This document shows positions 16,665-25,363 of a DNA stretch of 25,363 nt, in pieces. The stretch is from assembly GCA_031414955.1 (NCBI GenBank), contig JANOQV010000093.1:1-25363 (forward strand). The letters run 5' to 3'. Numbering within the stretch: the first letter of the stretch is position 1; every line of letters begins with the position of its first letter. The DNA is from Pedosphaera sp. GTDB taxonomy: Bacteria > Verrucomicrobiota > Verrucomicrobiia > Limisphaerales > SIBH01. Position numbers and translations under genes: made by a program. The notes under the pieces are model-generated. The model had not been told where the DNA came from. It made no database searches and saw only the letters and a program-made list of their open reading frames with translations.

Positions 16665-19322
16665 CTAGGGTTTGAACAAGCGGAAATATCGGTGCGAGTT
16701 CAGCGGCTGATTGGTGAATACGAGATTCGTCCAGGTGACCCCGTTGGTGACGAGATACGTCTGCCACAGCGTGTTGGTGCTCAACAGGTTCGTGGTGCTT
16801 TGCACCACGTAGTTACTGCCCAGCAACACGCCGCTGCAACACACGAAAGCTCCGTTCGTGTTCAACTCACCGTGCAACTCATGCAACTTGGGCCAGGTCA
16901 AAGTCACCTGCACCTGGTTGGGGGACAGGTTCGTGTACCCGTTCACGTCTTCCACCGTCGCTCTGATCACATGCACCCCTTGCGTCAATCCCTGGCTCGT
17001 GGTCTGAAAAGCGGGAGCGTTCGAGCTCTCCCCGATCTTGATTGCGCCATCCCAATACTCCACGCGCCGGATGTTGTAGCTGCCGGCCACGGTTTGCGCC
17101 GAAAGCTTCAGGTGCGCCGGGCCGCAGATGACCCACTGGATGGTGTTCGAAGGCGTGGTCAGCGTGACGGCGGGCGAAAGGTTCGTCACCACCACCGTCC
17201 CGAGGACGGTGTTGTTCGCCTCGCTGCTCTCCGCGATCTGACCCGTAAAGTCCGCGGTGGCGAATAAGGTGTAGGTGCCGTTGGAAATGGGCGGCATCGT
17301 GAAATTCCCGCCCTGCCCGTAGCCTGTCAGGTTGCGAAATGCCGGACTAATCGGGAACACGTAATTCGTGCTCGCGTTGCTGATCGAGAGCCGGTCTGTC
17401 CACGTTGCCGCCAAGGCGCTGGCCCCGGCGTTCGTCACCCTCCACGACAACCATGCGGGCCGGCCCGCCACCAGCGTGGTCGCGGGAACAGAAGTGGTGA
17501 ACTTGTTCGTCGCCACCAGGCCAGACGAAACCAGGTCGTAATCCGCGAGCAGGATGCGCAAGTCGCCCGCCGTAGCCGTGGCGCTGCCGGCCAGGATGTG
17601 ATACTGCGTGCCCGCCACGCCGATGAAATTCAGGCTGGCGTATCCGCTGCAATACGGCCCGCTGCTGTTCGTGCAAGCCACCAAGTTGGATGAACCGCAT
17701 CCGCCCTGATAAACAGCCAGCGCCGTTGGAAAACTGCTTCCACAAGTGGTGAGCGCATACGCCCGCGCCACCGTGGACGTGAAGGTGTACCAAACCCCGT
17801 GACTCAGACCCGGCGAGCACGCCGGTTGGGGATCGTTCAATTCCGTGGCGTTCAAAGTGTTCACGCTGTACGGCACCCCCACCGTCATCGGAATGGCGTT
17901 CGGGCACTGGTCATTGTTCGGCGGCACCACGTCGGCCAGAATGTTCAGCTTTTGACCCGGCGCAATATTCCCTCCGACGAGAATGTAGTAGGTCAACCCT
18001 CCGACATCTGTGAAATTCACGCTGGCCTTGCCCGAACAAGCCACTGGGCCAGATTGATTCGCGCACTTGAACTCTACAGGTGACTCGCAATTCCCCGTAT
18101 AGATGGCCATCACCGTGCCAAATTCACTTCCGCAAGTGCCAACTGTTACTCTGGCTCCCGACGGAGGAGTTAACTGGTACCAAACGCCCCGGCTGATGTT
18201 CGCTGCGCAATTCGTATTCGGATCCATTATTTCCGTCGCATAAAACATATTGCTCACGCTGTAGGTCACGCCCGACTGCATCACGATGGCGTTGGCGCAG
18301 GTGTCGTTGCCGGGCGGGTCCTGCAGATCGGCGAGGATGCGCAGGATGCCGGTGGCGGTGGCGCTGTTGGCTCCGGCTTGGATGTAGTAGGTGGAGTTGG
18401 CCGGGCTGCTGAAGCTCACGCTGGCCTGGTAGTTCCCAAACGAGCAGTAGGGGCCGTTGTTGTTGTTGCCCGTGATCTCCCGGAGCGTGCCGCAGTCGTT
18501 GGTGTAGATGGCCAGGCCGGTGTCGAAGTCGCTGGCGCAGGTGGTGATGTTGAGCCGCTGGCTGTTCGTGTTCGTGATCTTGAACCAGACGCCCCGGTAG
18601 ATGCCGCTGTCCCAGCCGTTGGTCCGCACATCGCCCAGTTCGGTCGCGTAGAAGAAGTTGCTCACGCTGTAGGTCTGGCCCGAGTTCATCACGATGGCGT
18701 TGGCGCAGGTGTCGTTGCCGGGCGTAAGGTTATCAGCGGCTGCATCGGTTAGGCGCAGGCTGTTGTCATCCAAGTAGGCATCCAGCGGTGTTCCCGAAAA
18801 ACGAACAAACTGCATCACGTAGGCGATGCTGCGCGTGTCGGGAGGAACGGCGAAGACTCTGGTGTGTTGCAGCCAGCTTGCGCTGGCTATCCTGATGGTC
18901 GCGGCCGCTCCAAGACTCTGGTTGCTGGCGTTGAAGAAGTTGAGGGACACGAATGCGGAGTCGCTCTGTCCACTGAGCGTGCGCTCCCAGAAGCTCACTT
19001 CGGCTCGTACGGAACCAGCGTCCACCGCGCCCAGGCTAAAGCCGCCGACGTTGGTGATGCTGACGATTTGGGTCAGGCTCCCGCTCGCGCCTGTGCCGCC
19101 CACGAAATCGTAGCTGCCCGGTGGGTGGGGAAGGATGCTGGGATTAAATGTGCCCGAGTCCACGAAGGGCGAGGAAGTGCCGCCCACAGTCCAGTTGGTC
19201 AGGCTGCCGGCCTCGGCACCGGGATTCAAAAGAAGGTTGGTGGAGTAGGTCTGAGCGTGGAGCGCGGGCAGGCCAAAGACGGCGTGCAGGAGCAGGAGGG
19301 AAGCTTGGAGAAGTTTTTTCAT
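16665..19322 (-). CDS. Large secreted modular protein: galactose-binding/FBA-like N-domain, three ~130-aa Cys-containing repeats, CARDB-like and Ig-like domains, short C-terminal domain
   Basis: Signal peptide MKKLLQASLLLLHAVFGLPALHA (ATG 19322). NLLLNPGAEAG...W; 3x ND[TQ]C.NAI.M..G..YSV...ATE..D...GVW[FY]; GTYTLFATAD...IAESSEANN (CARDB-like); GVHVIRATVEDVNG (Ig-like). Domain names are by eye. Confidence 0.8.
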   Translation of the reverse strand: MKKLLQASLLLLHAVFGLPALHAQTYSTNLLLNPGAEAGSLTNWTVGGTSSPFVDSGTFNPSILPHPPGSYDFVGGTGASGSLTQIVSITNVGGFSLGAVDAGSVRAEVSFWERTLSGQSDSAFVSLNFFNASNQSLGAAATIRIASASWLQHTRVFAVPPDTRSIAYVMQFVRFSGTPLDAYLDDNSLRLTDAAADNLTPGNDTCANAIVMNSGQTYSVSNFFYATELGDVRTNGWDSGIYRGVWFKITNTNSQRLNITTCASDFDTGLAIYTNDCGTLREITGNNNNGPYCSFGNYQASVSFSSPANSTYYIQAGANSATATGILRILADLQDPPGNDTCANAIVMQSGVTYSVSNMFYATEIMDPNTNCAANISRGVWYQLTPPSGARVTVGTCGSEFGTVMAIYTGNCESPVEFKCANQSGPVACSGKASVNFTDVGGLTYYILVGGNIAPGQKLNILADVVPPNNDQCPNAIPMTVGVPYSVNTLNATELNDPQPACSPGLSHGVWYTFTSTVARAYALTTCGSSFPTALAVYQGGCGSSNLVACTNSSGPYCSGYASLNFIGVAGTQYHILAGSATATAGDLRILLADYDLVSSGLVATNKFTTSVPATTLVAGRPAWLSWRVTNAGASALAATWTDRLSISNASTNYVFPISPAFRNLTGYGQGGNFTMPPISNGTYTLFATADFTGQIAESSEANNTVLGTVVVTNLSPAVTLTTPSNTIQWVICGPAHLKLSAQTVAGSYNIRRVEYWDGAIKIGESSNAPAFQTTSQGLTQGVHVIRATVEDVNGYTNLSPNQVQVTLTWPKLHELHGELNTNGAFVCCSGVLLGSNYVVQSTTNLLSTNTLWQTYLVTNGVTWTNLVFTNQPLNSHRYFRLFKP
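18250..18724. repeat. Intragenic 67-bp direct repeat at the starts of protein repeats 1 and 2
   Basis: 18250-18316 versus 18658-18724: 63/67 identical including a 38-nt exact block. Period 408 nt. Confidence 0.9.
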
Positions 19323-19380
19323 AAGGCTGTTGGCGCGTTGTTTCGCAGTTGTTGTCCGTGTTTCCAATTTGTTTCACCCC

Positions 19381-19413
19381 TACATGCGGCGTGGCGGCGG
19401 GGTTGGGGCCAAA
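19381..19413 (-). promoter_or_regulatory. Putative ECF promoter TTTGGCCCC-N16-CGCATGTA upstream of the secreted protein
   Basis: Matches 22940-22972 at 16 of 17 box positions with an identical 16-nt spacer length. Confidence 0.75.
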
Positions 19414-19449
19414 AATCTTCCGCCGGTCACAGAAAGATTCGGACCTCGT

Positions 19450-22400
19450 TCATTTCCTGTTCGCCGTCCGGTCGAAAGCTTCCAACTTTTGCCGCCACTC
19501 GGCGGCTTGGGCGGGCTTGGACCAGGCTTCGTAGAGGCGGATGAGGCGGCTCAGGGAGTCTCGGATGTAGTCGGTGCTGACTCCTCGCGCGGCTTGCAGG
19601 GCGGCGGCGGACTCGAGCAACAACGGCTCGGCCTCGGCGAGTTTGGTCAGGCGGACTTCGGGGGCCAGCGTGGCATCCGTGACAGAGATGGTGGCGAGCG
19701 CGAAGCCAAGACGGCTGTTCACGTCGGCCACGCGCCAGGAGTTCGCGTTCGTCCCGCGCTGGCGGATGGCGAGGCACTCGCGCAGGAGGCGTTCGGCTTC
19801 TTGGGCGCGTTCCAGCGGAGTCACGGCGACAGGCGCGGAGTTGCTGCGTTCAGCCCACGCCAGCTCGGTGAGGCAGCGGGCGAGGCTGGCGGCGTACGCA
19901 AGGGTGTATTCGTTGCTGGAGGTGGTGGCGACGCGCTGGCTCTGGATCGCGATTCGGTAGAGCGGTTCGGCTTCCGAGAATTTGCCTGCCCGATACAGGG
20001 CGTCGGCGCGGCGGTAGTCGCTTCCCGCACTGAAGCCGCCCGAAGTGTTGGTTCCTGAAAGAGCGGTGGAGCGTTTCGCGGGCGCATTGGTCTGGTCTTT
20101 CAGTTTCGCGACTTCGGCCCACAAGGCGTCGGCGTCGGTCTGGCGTCCGGCGGATTGATAGGCCTCGGCGAGCCGCCGGGTGCTGAACAGAATGTTCGGA
20201 TGGTTCGGACTGAGGGTGGCCCGCCGCTGTTGCAGGGTTTGCTCGAAAAGTGACACGGCTTCAACGTGCCGTCCGGCGTCCCCGTAGGCTCCCGCGAGGT
20301 TGTTCATGATCACGAGCGTGGAAGGATGGTTCGTGCCGAGCGAAGCCAGGGCCCGGCGCAACAGTTCCTCGTACAAGACGGTGGCCTCATCAAGCCGACG
20401 GGCGTCATGGTGGGTCGAGGCGATGGCGTTCAGGATGGTCAGGGTCGTCGAATGGCCGGGGCCGAGCTTGGCCTCGGCCAGTTGCAGGGCGTTGGTCAGA
20501 AGGCTCATGGCCTTTTCGGGCTGGCCAGCTTTTTTGTAATCCGACGCAAGGTTGTGCATGCTGGCCAAAGTGAGGGGATGGTCGTCGCCCAGTTTGGTCT
20601 GCCGCAATTTCAAGGCTTCGTCATCGATCCGGATCGCATCGGCGATGCGACCGGACTGGCGATAATCAGCCGCGAGGTTGTTCATGGAGACGAGGGTGGC
20701 CGGGTGGTTCGGACCAAGTTTGGCCTTGCGGAGGTTCAGCGCCTGTTCGTTCAAAGCCACGGCGTCGCCCCACCGGTGGGCGTCAGCGTAGGCCGAGGCC
20801 AGATTGTTCATCACACTCAAGGTGGAGGGATGGTCGGCCCCTTGCCGGCTTTTGCGCGCCGCGAAAACTTCTTCAAACAGCGGCCGCGCCTCGTCCACCC
20901 GGCCCGCATGATGGCAGGCCAGAGCCAGATTATTTTTGTAGTTCAGCGTGCTTAAATCCTCGGCCCCGCGCTTGGCTGTGGAAAGTTGCACGGCGTCTCG
21001 AAGCAGGGCGATGGCTTCGTCGAGACGGTCCACGTCGTCATACGCGCGCCCGAGGTTGTTCATGGAGGTCAACACGCTGGAGTCGTCAGGGCCTAATTTG
21101 GCCCGGCGGAGTTTGAGCGTTTCTTCGTACATCGGAATGGCTTCGCTCAAGCGGCCCGCGTCCTGAAGCGACGCGGCGAAGCCGTTCATGCTGTCCAGCG
21201 TGTCAGGATGGTCGGGACCGAGGTTGGCTTTTCGGAGCCGCAACACTTCCTCCATCAGCGGCAGGGCCTCCTTCACGCGTCCGGCCTCTTTCAACTTCGC
21301 CGCGTAGATAAACATCGCGTTCCAGGTGTTGGAGTGGCCCAAGCCGTATTGGGCTTGCGCTGACTTCAGGGCGGCTTCCCGAAGTGCGAGGTCATTTTGG
21401 ACGTATGGCACCACCTCCCGGGCCTGTTCGATGGTTCGGTGTGCATCACGGATCGCCTGGCGAATCTCCGCCTTGATCTCGATTTGCTCCGTTGAATTCG
21501 TGCCGACGAGGTTGCTGGCGTTGTCCAAAAAATCTTTCAGCAGCGTGGCATCCAATCCTTTGACCGAGGACAACGTGTTGGAAATAAACTGGACGGCCCA
21601 CTGACTTTTTCCAGCTTCTGCCTTCGCTTGATGCTCCGCGCGTGTGGCCCGGACGGCCTGCCAGCTTGTGGCCGCAATGCCTGCGACCAGAACCGCCAGC
21701 ACCACTGCGGCGGCGAGACACGCAAACCTGTGTCGGCGGACAATTTTTCCGAGACGATAGGCTGTGCTCAGCGGGCGGGCGACGACGGGTTCGTTGCTCA
21801 GGTGGTGCTGGATGTCCGCCGCGAAATCGGTCGCCGTTCCGTAGCGGCGTTCCCGCTCCTTCGCCAGCGCCTTCATCACGATCCAGTCGAGATCGCCTTG
21901 CACGCGCTGGGCGAGCTTGGCGGGCGCGGTGTGGCGGCGTTGGGCGGTGGTGGTGAGGGCGGCGGCGGTCAGGGCGCGCAGCCGCGTTGAGGGCCGGGCC
22001 GGCTCTTGCTCGCAAATGGTGCGCTGCATGGCCTGCAAGCCGATCCGCATCAACTCCTGCCCGTCGAAGGGCGTCTGGCCGACGAGCAATTCATAAAGCA
22101 GCACGCCCAGGCTGTAGATGTCGCTGCGGGTGTCGATGTCCAGTCCGCTCGTCTCGGCCTGCTCGGGACTCATGTAGGCCGGCGTGCCGATGACCTGACC
22201 GTGTGAGGTGAACAGGGTTTTTTCCGTGAGCCGCTGGTCCGTCGCTTTGGCGATGCCGAAGTCGATGACCTTGGGCACGGGCACGCCGTCGTGCAGCGTG
22301 ACGAGGATGTTCGAGGGCTTGATGTCGCGGTGAATGATGCCCTTCTGGTGCGCGTGCTGGATGGCCTGGCAGACTTGCAGGAACAGCTGCAGCCGTTGCT

Positions 22401-22926
22401 CGGTGGGGAGCTGATTGTCGTCGCAATACTCCGTGATGCGGACGCCGCACACCAGTTCCATGACGAAGTAGGGGCGGCCCGCGTCCGTCGCGCCCGCGTC
22501 GAGCACGCGGGCAATGTTCGGGTGGTCCATCATTGCGAGCGCCTGGCGTTCGGCCTCGAAGCGTGCGATGACGGAGCGCGTATCCATGCCGAGCTTGATG
22601 ACCTTGAGCGCGACGCGGCGGCGCACCGGCTCCTGCTGCTCAGCCAGGTACACGACGCCCCAGCCGCCTTCGCCGATTTGTTCCAAGAGCTTGTAGCGCC
22701 CGATGCGGTCGCCTGGCTTTTCGGTCACGACGGCTACTCGCGCCTTGTTGGCGAGAAAACTTTCGCCGCTTTGGATGGCCTGAAGCAGTTCATCCACGCG
22801 GGCGCGCAGCGCGGCGTCACCGGCGCAAGCCTGGTCGAGGAAAGCAAGGCGCGCTTCCGGCGAGGCGATGTCCAGCGCCTCGGCGAAAATGTCCTGCTCG
22901 CGATCCGGTAGTTCGTTCGTGCTCAT
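19450..22926 (-). CDS. Membrane Ser/Thr (Hanks-type) protein kinase with C-terminal TPR array
   Basis: [46 protein letters not shown]. One TM helix ([19 protein letters not shown]). About 10 repeats of ~42 aa of the LGPDHPxTLxSMNNLA type. Confidence 0.95.
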   Translation of the reverse strand: MSTNELPDREQDIFAEALDIASPEARLAFLDQACAGDAALRARVDELLQAIQSGESFLANKARVAVVTEKPGDRIGRYKLLEQIGEGGWGVVYLAEQQEPVRRRVALKVIKLGMDTRSVIARFEAERQALAMMDHPNIARVLDAGATDAGRPYFVMELVCGVRITEYCDDNQLPTEQRLQLFLQVCQAIQHAHQKGIIHRDIKPSNILVTLHDGVPVPKVIDFGIAKATDQRLTEKTLFTSHGQVIGTPAYMSPEQAETSGLDIDTRSDIYSLGVLLYELLVGQTPFDGQELMRIGLQAMQRTICEQEPARPSTRLRALTAAALTTTAQRRHTAPAKLAQRVQGDLDWIVMKALAKERERRYGTATDFAADIQHHLSNEPVVARPLSTAYRLGKIVRRHRFACLAAAVVLAVLVAGIAATSWQAVRATRAEHQAKAEAGKSQWAVQFISNTLSSVKGLDATLLKDFLDNASNLVGTNSTEQIEIKAEIRQAIRDAHRTIEQAREVVPYVQNDLALREAALKSAQAQYGLGHSNTWNAMFIYAAKLKEAGRVKEALPLMEEVLRLRKANLGPDHPDTLDSMNGFAASLQDAGRLSEAIPMYEETLKLRRAKLGPDDSSVLTSMNNLGRAYDDVDRLDEAIALLRDAVQLSTAKRGAEDLSTLNYKNNLALACHHAGRVDEARPLFEEVFAARKSRQGADHPSTLSVMNNLASAYADAHRWGDAVALNEQALNLRKAKLGPNHPATLVSMNNLAADYRQSGRIADAIRIDDEALKLRQTKLGDDHPLTLASMHNLASDYKKAGQPEKAMSLLTNALQLAEAKLGPGHSTTLTILNAIASTHHDARRLDEATVLYEELLRRALASLGTNHPSTLVIMNNLAGAYGDAGRHVEAVSLFEQTLQQRRATLSPNHPNILFSTRRLAEAYQSAGRQTDADALWAEVAKLKDQTNAPAKRSTALSGTNTSGGFSAGSDYRRADALYRAGKFSEAEPLYRIAIQSQRVATTSSNEYTLAYAASLARCLTELAWAERSNSAPVAVTPLERAQEAERLLRECLAIRQRGTNANSWRVADVNSRLGFALATISVTDATLAPEVRLTKLAEAEPLLLESAAALQAARGVSTDYIRDSLSRLIRLYEAWSKPAQAAEWRQKLEAFDRTANRK

Positions 22927-22939
22927 GAGTGACTGCCTT

Positions 22940-22972
22940 TACAAGCGACACGGTGACGGTTTAGGGGCCAAA
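22940..22972 (-). promoter_or_regulatory. Putative ECF promoter TTTGGCCCC-N16-CGCTTGTA upstream of the kinase
   Basis: Second copy of the motif at 19381-19413. Lies in the 90-nt sigma-kinase gap, 13 nt from the kinase ATG. Confidence 0.75.
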
Positions 22973-23016
22973 TGTTTTTTCCCAGGGCTGGCGGACGGGC
23001 CGAACGCGGCCCGGCG

Positions 23017-23586
23017 TCAGAGATTCTTTTTCAATTCAACCTGGAGCCAGGCGCGGGCAAACCTCCATTTGCGCTTGGCAGTAGTTTCTGAAATCTCAAG
23101 TGATTCCGCCGCCTCCTCATTGCCCATCTCACCGAAGAAGCGGCGCTTGACCAGCTCGGCGCAGATGGGGTCGCGGACAACCAGTTTTTCGAGCGCCTCA
23201 TGCACAGCGAGGATGGTTTCATCGTTGCTGGCCGAGGCCACGTCGAGGTTTTCCCAATCAACATCCTCGACACGCTGCATTTCTCCGCCGCGTTTAATGC
23301 GTCCCTTGGCCCGGGCTTTGTCCACCAAGATGCAACGCATGGCCTCCACTGCGACGCTGAAAAAATGGGCCCGGTTATCAAATCGGGTCGCGCCCTCCGG
23401 CCCGGCCAGCTTGAGCCAGGCTTCGTGAACCAGCGCGGTGGGTTGCAGGGTCTGCCCGGCCTTTTCGCCCTGCATTTTGTGCGCGGCGATGCGGCGCAGT
23501 TCATCATAGACGAGCGGGAACAATTCGGCGGCGGCGAGTTGGTCGCCCCCGGCCACCGCCTGAAGGATGCGGGTGACTTCGGTCAT
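23017..23586 (-). CDS. ECF sigma factor, TIGR02999/ECF43-type (kinase-associated)
   Basis: EVTRILQ...GD..AAAELFPLVYDELRRIA, TLQPTALVHEAWLKL, NRAHFF, AMRCILVD.AR...KRGG, LVKRRFFG, KWRFARAWL. Directly upstream of an STK gene. Confidence 0.93.
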   Translation of the reverse strand: MTEVTRILQAVAGGDQLAAAELFPLVYDELRRIAAHKMQGEKAGQTLQPTALVHEAWLKLAGPEGATRFDNRAHFFSVAVEAMRCILVDKARAKGRIKRGGEMQRVEDVDWENLDVASASNDETILAVHEALEKLVVRDPICAELVKRRFFGEMGNEEAAESLEISETTAKRKWRFARAWLQVELKKNL

Positions 23587-23650
23587 GCGCACGGTTCATA
23601 ACATGACGGACCGGAGGAACCAGAGTGAAAACAAGAGGCACGTCTGCCGC

Positions 23651-23821
23651 AGGGTGCATCTCCTCACTGCGCTTGTTGACTTGGCCGTGACAAGAGATGC
23701 GGGGGGGGTGTCCGGTGCTGTGCTCAGCGCGCCTGGCCATGATACGAAGAAACACTTCCGCATGTTTCACGCCTCACCCCGGCGCACCGCCATCCTTTGG
23801 TGGTACCTCCAAGATGCGCCC
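23651..23821. mobile_element. Possible degenerate MITE-like element (family F)
   Basis: Ends gggtgcatct (23652-23661) and agatgcgccc (23812-23821) are 9/10 inverted. The left end and an internal 17-mer recur at 25251 and 25310. Confidence 0.35.
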
Positions 23822-23823
23822 GG

Positions 23824-25164
23824 CTACACCTTCCAAGGGCTGCGGTACTCGCGCGTGAGCCACTTCGGATCGCCAGTGCCGCCCACGAATTTGAACTTCG
23901 CCGGATCCCATTTGAGTTTCTGGCCGTGGTAGTAGGCCAGGTTCATCAGGTGGCAGCAGATGACCGTGCGCCCGCCGACCTGTTCGTTGGTGATGGGTTT
24001 CTTGCGCTCACGGACGCATTGCAGGAAGTCCGTCATGTGATTGTTGCTCACGTAGAGCTTCACCTTCGCGTCCTTCAGGAAGGCTTCCTCTGCCTTCTTT
24101 ACTTCGGCGGCGAGGGACGTTTCGCTTTCCTTGGCGTCGGCTTTCTTGCCCGTGAAGGACGCGGCCATCTCGTTCCCGCGCTTGAAGGTGAATCTGCCGC
24201 GGTTGACCTGCACCACGCCTTCGGTGCCGAAGAACTCGACGCCGAAGCCGTTGGTGTGTTCCACGGTGACGCCGTTGGCATAGACCAGTTTGGCTCCACG
24301 CTTCTTGCCGACGGCGGGTGGGAGAATCTCGACCGGCCCGCTTTCGTCCATGCCGAGTCCCCATTGCGCGATGTCGAGATGATGCGCGCCCCAATCCGTG
24401 ACCATGCCGCCACCGAACTCGCGGTAATTGCGCCAGTCGGGGAAATTGTCATGCATCCCGCGCGGGCTGAGGACCGCGCTGTACGGTCGTTCCGGCGCGG
24501 GTCCAAGCCAGAGGTTCCAATCCAAACCTGGCTCGGCCGGTTGCTCCGGCAGATCGCAGGGCCGGCCCGGGTCGCCGAACGAGCACTCGACACGTTGGAT
24601 TTTGCCGATGGCACCGTTGCGCACCAGTTCGCAGGCGACGCGGAATTCTTTGCTCGAGCGCTGCATCGAGCCGGTCTGAAGCACGCGCTTGTTGGCATCC
24701 ACGGCCTTCATCACTTCCACCGCCTCTTGGATGTTGTGGGTGAGCGGCTTCTCGCAATAGGCATCCTTGCCCGAGCGCAGGGCGGCCAGCGTGATGATGG
24801 CGTGCCAGTGATCCGGCGTGGCAATGCAGACGGCGTCGATGTCTTTGCGGGCGATCAACTCGCGGAAGTCGATGTAGGCCGTGCAGCCGTCGCCGGCCTT
24901 GGCCCCCTTCTTCTCGTAATACTCATCGACCCGCTTCTTGGCGTTCTCCCGGCGCGTGGTGTCCACGTCGCACACGGCCAGCACCTGGGTCGGTTGCCCG
25001 AGGAACGCGCCGAGCAACCCGCGCGATTGCTTGCCCATGCCGATGAAGCCCATGCGGAGCTTGGGGGTGGGTTGGGTTTCTGCCGCCCAGATTGGGGCGG
25101 GCAGCAGAAGGGGAACACCGGCCACCGAAGCCGACTTGATGAAGGAACGCCGTGAGATGCGCAT
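23824..25164 (-). CDS. Tat-exported Gfo/Idh/MocA family oxidoreductase
   Basis: MRISRRSFIK twin-arginine signal (ATG 25164). LRMGFIGMG, IDAVCIATPDHWH, YCEKPL, LQTGSMQRS, LDWNLWLGPAP, GGMVTDWGAHHLDIAQW. Confidence 0.93.
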   Translation of the reverse strand: MRISRRSFIKSASVAGVPLLLPAPIWAAETQPTPKLRMGFIGMGKQSRGLLGAFLGQPTQVLAVCDVDTTRRENAKKRVDEYYEKKGAKAGDGCTAYIDFRELIARKDIDAVCIATPDHWHAIITLAALRSGKDAYCEKPLTHNIQEAVEVMKAVDANKRVLQTGSMQRSSKEFRVACELVRNGAIGKIQRVECSFGDPGRPCDLPEQPAEPGLDWNLWLGPAPERPYSAVLSPRGMHDNFPDWRNYREFGGGMVTDWGAHHLDIAQWGLGMDESGPVEILPPAVGKKRGAKLVYANGVTVEHTNGFGVEFFGTEGVVQVNRGRFTFKRGNEMAASFTGKKADAKESETSLAAEVKKAEEAFLKDAKVKLYVSNNHMTDFLQCVRERKKPITNEQVGGRTVICCHLMNLAYYHGQKLKWDPAKFKFVGGTGDPKWLTREYRSPWKV

Positions 25165-25250
25165 AAATTTTTCTTTCGTGTTTTGGGACGACGAAGTTCT
25201 GGCGAATAACCCGGAGCCGCGCAAGCCACAAGTGCCTCGGCGAGTCGCGG

Positions 25251-25363
25251 AGGGTGCATCTGAACCCTGTTCTTGGGGACAAGCCTGCCCATCGAAGGTG
25301 ACGGGCGGCGCTGTCCTCAGCGCGCCGGAGTGAGGCCGGGGTGGTGCCGGAACGCTCCTCCGT
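25251..25363. repeat. Second, diverged copy of family F element, probably truncated by the window end
   Basis: agggtgcatct at 25251-25261 is identical to 23651-23661. gctgtcctcagcgcgcc (25310-25326) matches 23717-23733 at 16/17. Degenerate hairpin at 25273-25320. Confidence 0.4.

Noticed and set aside
18250..18724. 67-bp repeat pair considered as a DGR template/variable repeat
   Set aside because: The mismatches are not adenine-specific, both copies are coding within one gene, and there is no reverse transcriptase in the window.
16665..19322. Roughly 20 N-x-S/T sequons in the secreted protein
   Set aside because: The protein is very rich in Asn, Ser and Thr, so this count is about what composition alone would give.
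22996..23013. 7-bp hairpin just after the ECF43-type sigma stop codon
   Set aside because: There is no adjacent U tract on the coding strand, so it is too weak to call a terminator.
299..25155. Many long antisense or alternate-frame ORFs (e.g. 299-2032 -, 3371-5527 -, 14155-16275 +, 23797-25155 +)
   Set aside because: They are shadows of well-supported genes in GC-rich DNA and have no recognisable motifs.

Overview
GC-rich bacterial window, most likely Verrucomicrobiota (inferred from gene content, a C-terminal domain type and repeat style; not verified). Left part: 3' part of the hrpA helicase, an MBL-fold hydrolase, glucan phosphorylase glgP, a secreted hypothetical protein and a CE4/NodB-like deacetylase. 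The window then holds two apparently self-contained ECF sigma-factor modules, and each shows a two-copy bipartite promoter motif in the raw DNA. Module 1 (+ strand) is TPR protein - DUF4331 - HupE/UreJ - ECF sigma - ChrR-like anti-sigma/cupin, with TGCATCCG-N15-CG(T/G)A before the TPR gene and before the sigma gene. Module 2 (- strand) is ECF43/TIGR02999 sigma - membrane Ser/Thr kinase with TPRs - large secreted repeat protein, with TTTGGCCCC-N16-CGC(A/T)TGTA before the kinase and before the secreted protein. Between them lie an orphan receiver protein and a phytoene-desaturase-like flavoprotein; a Tat-exported Gfo/Idh/MocA oxidoreductase ends the window. Many intergenic gaps carry non-coding inverted-repeat elements of about five distinct families, with no transposase in view. 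No rRNA, tRNA or CRISPR array was seen. All calls are by eye from motifs; no database search was run.
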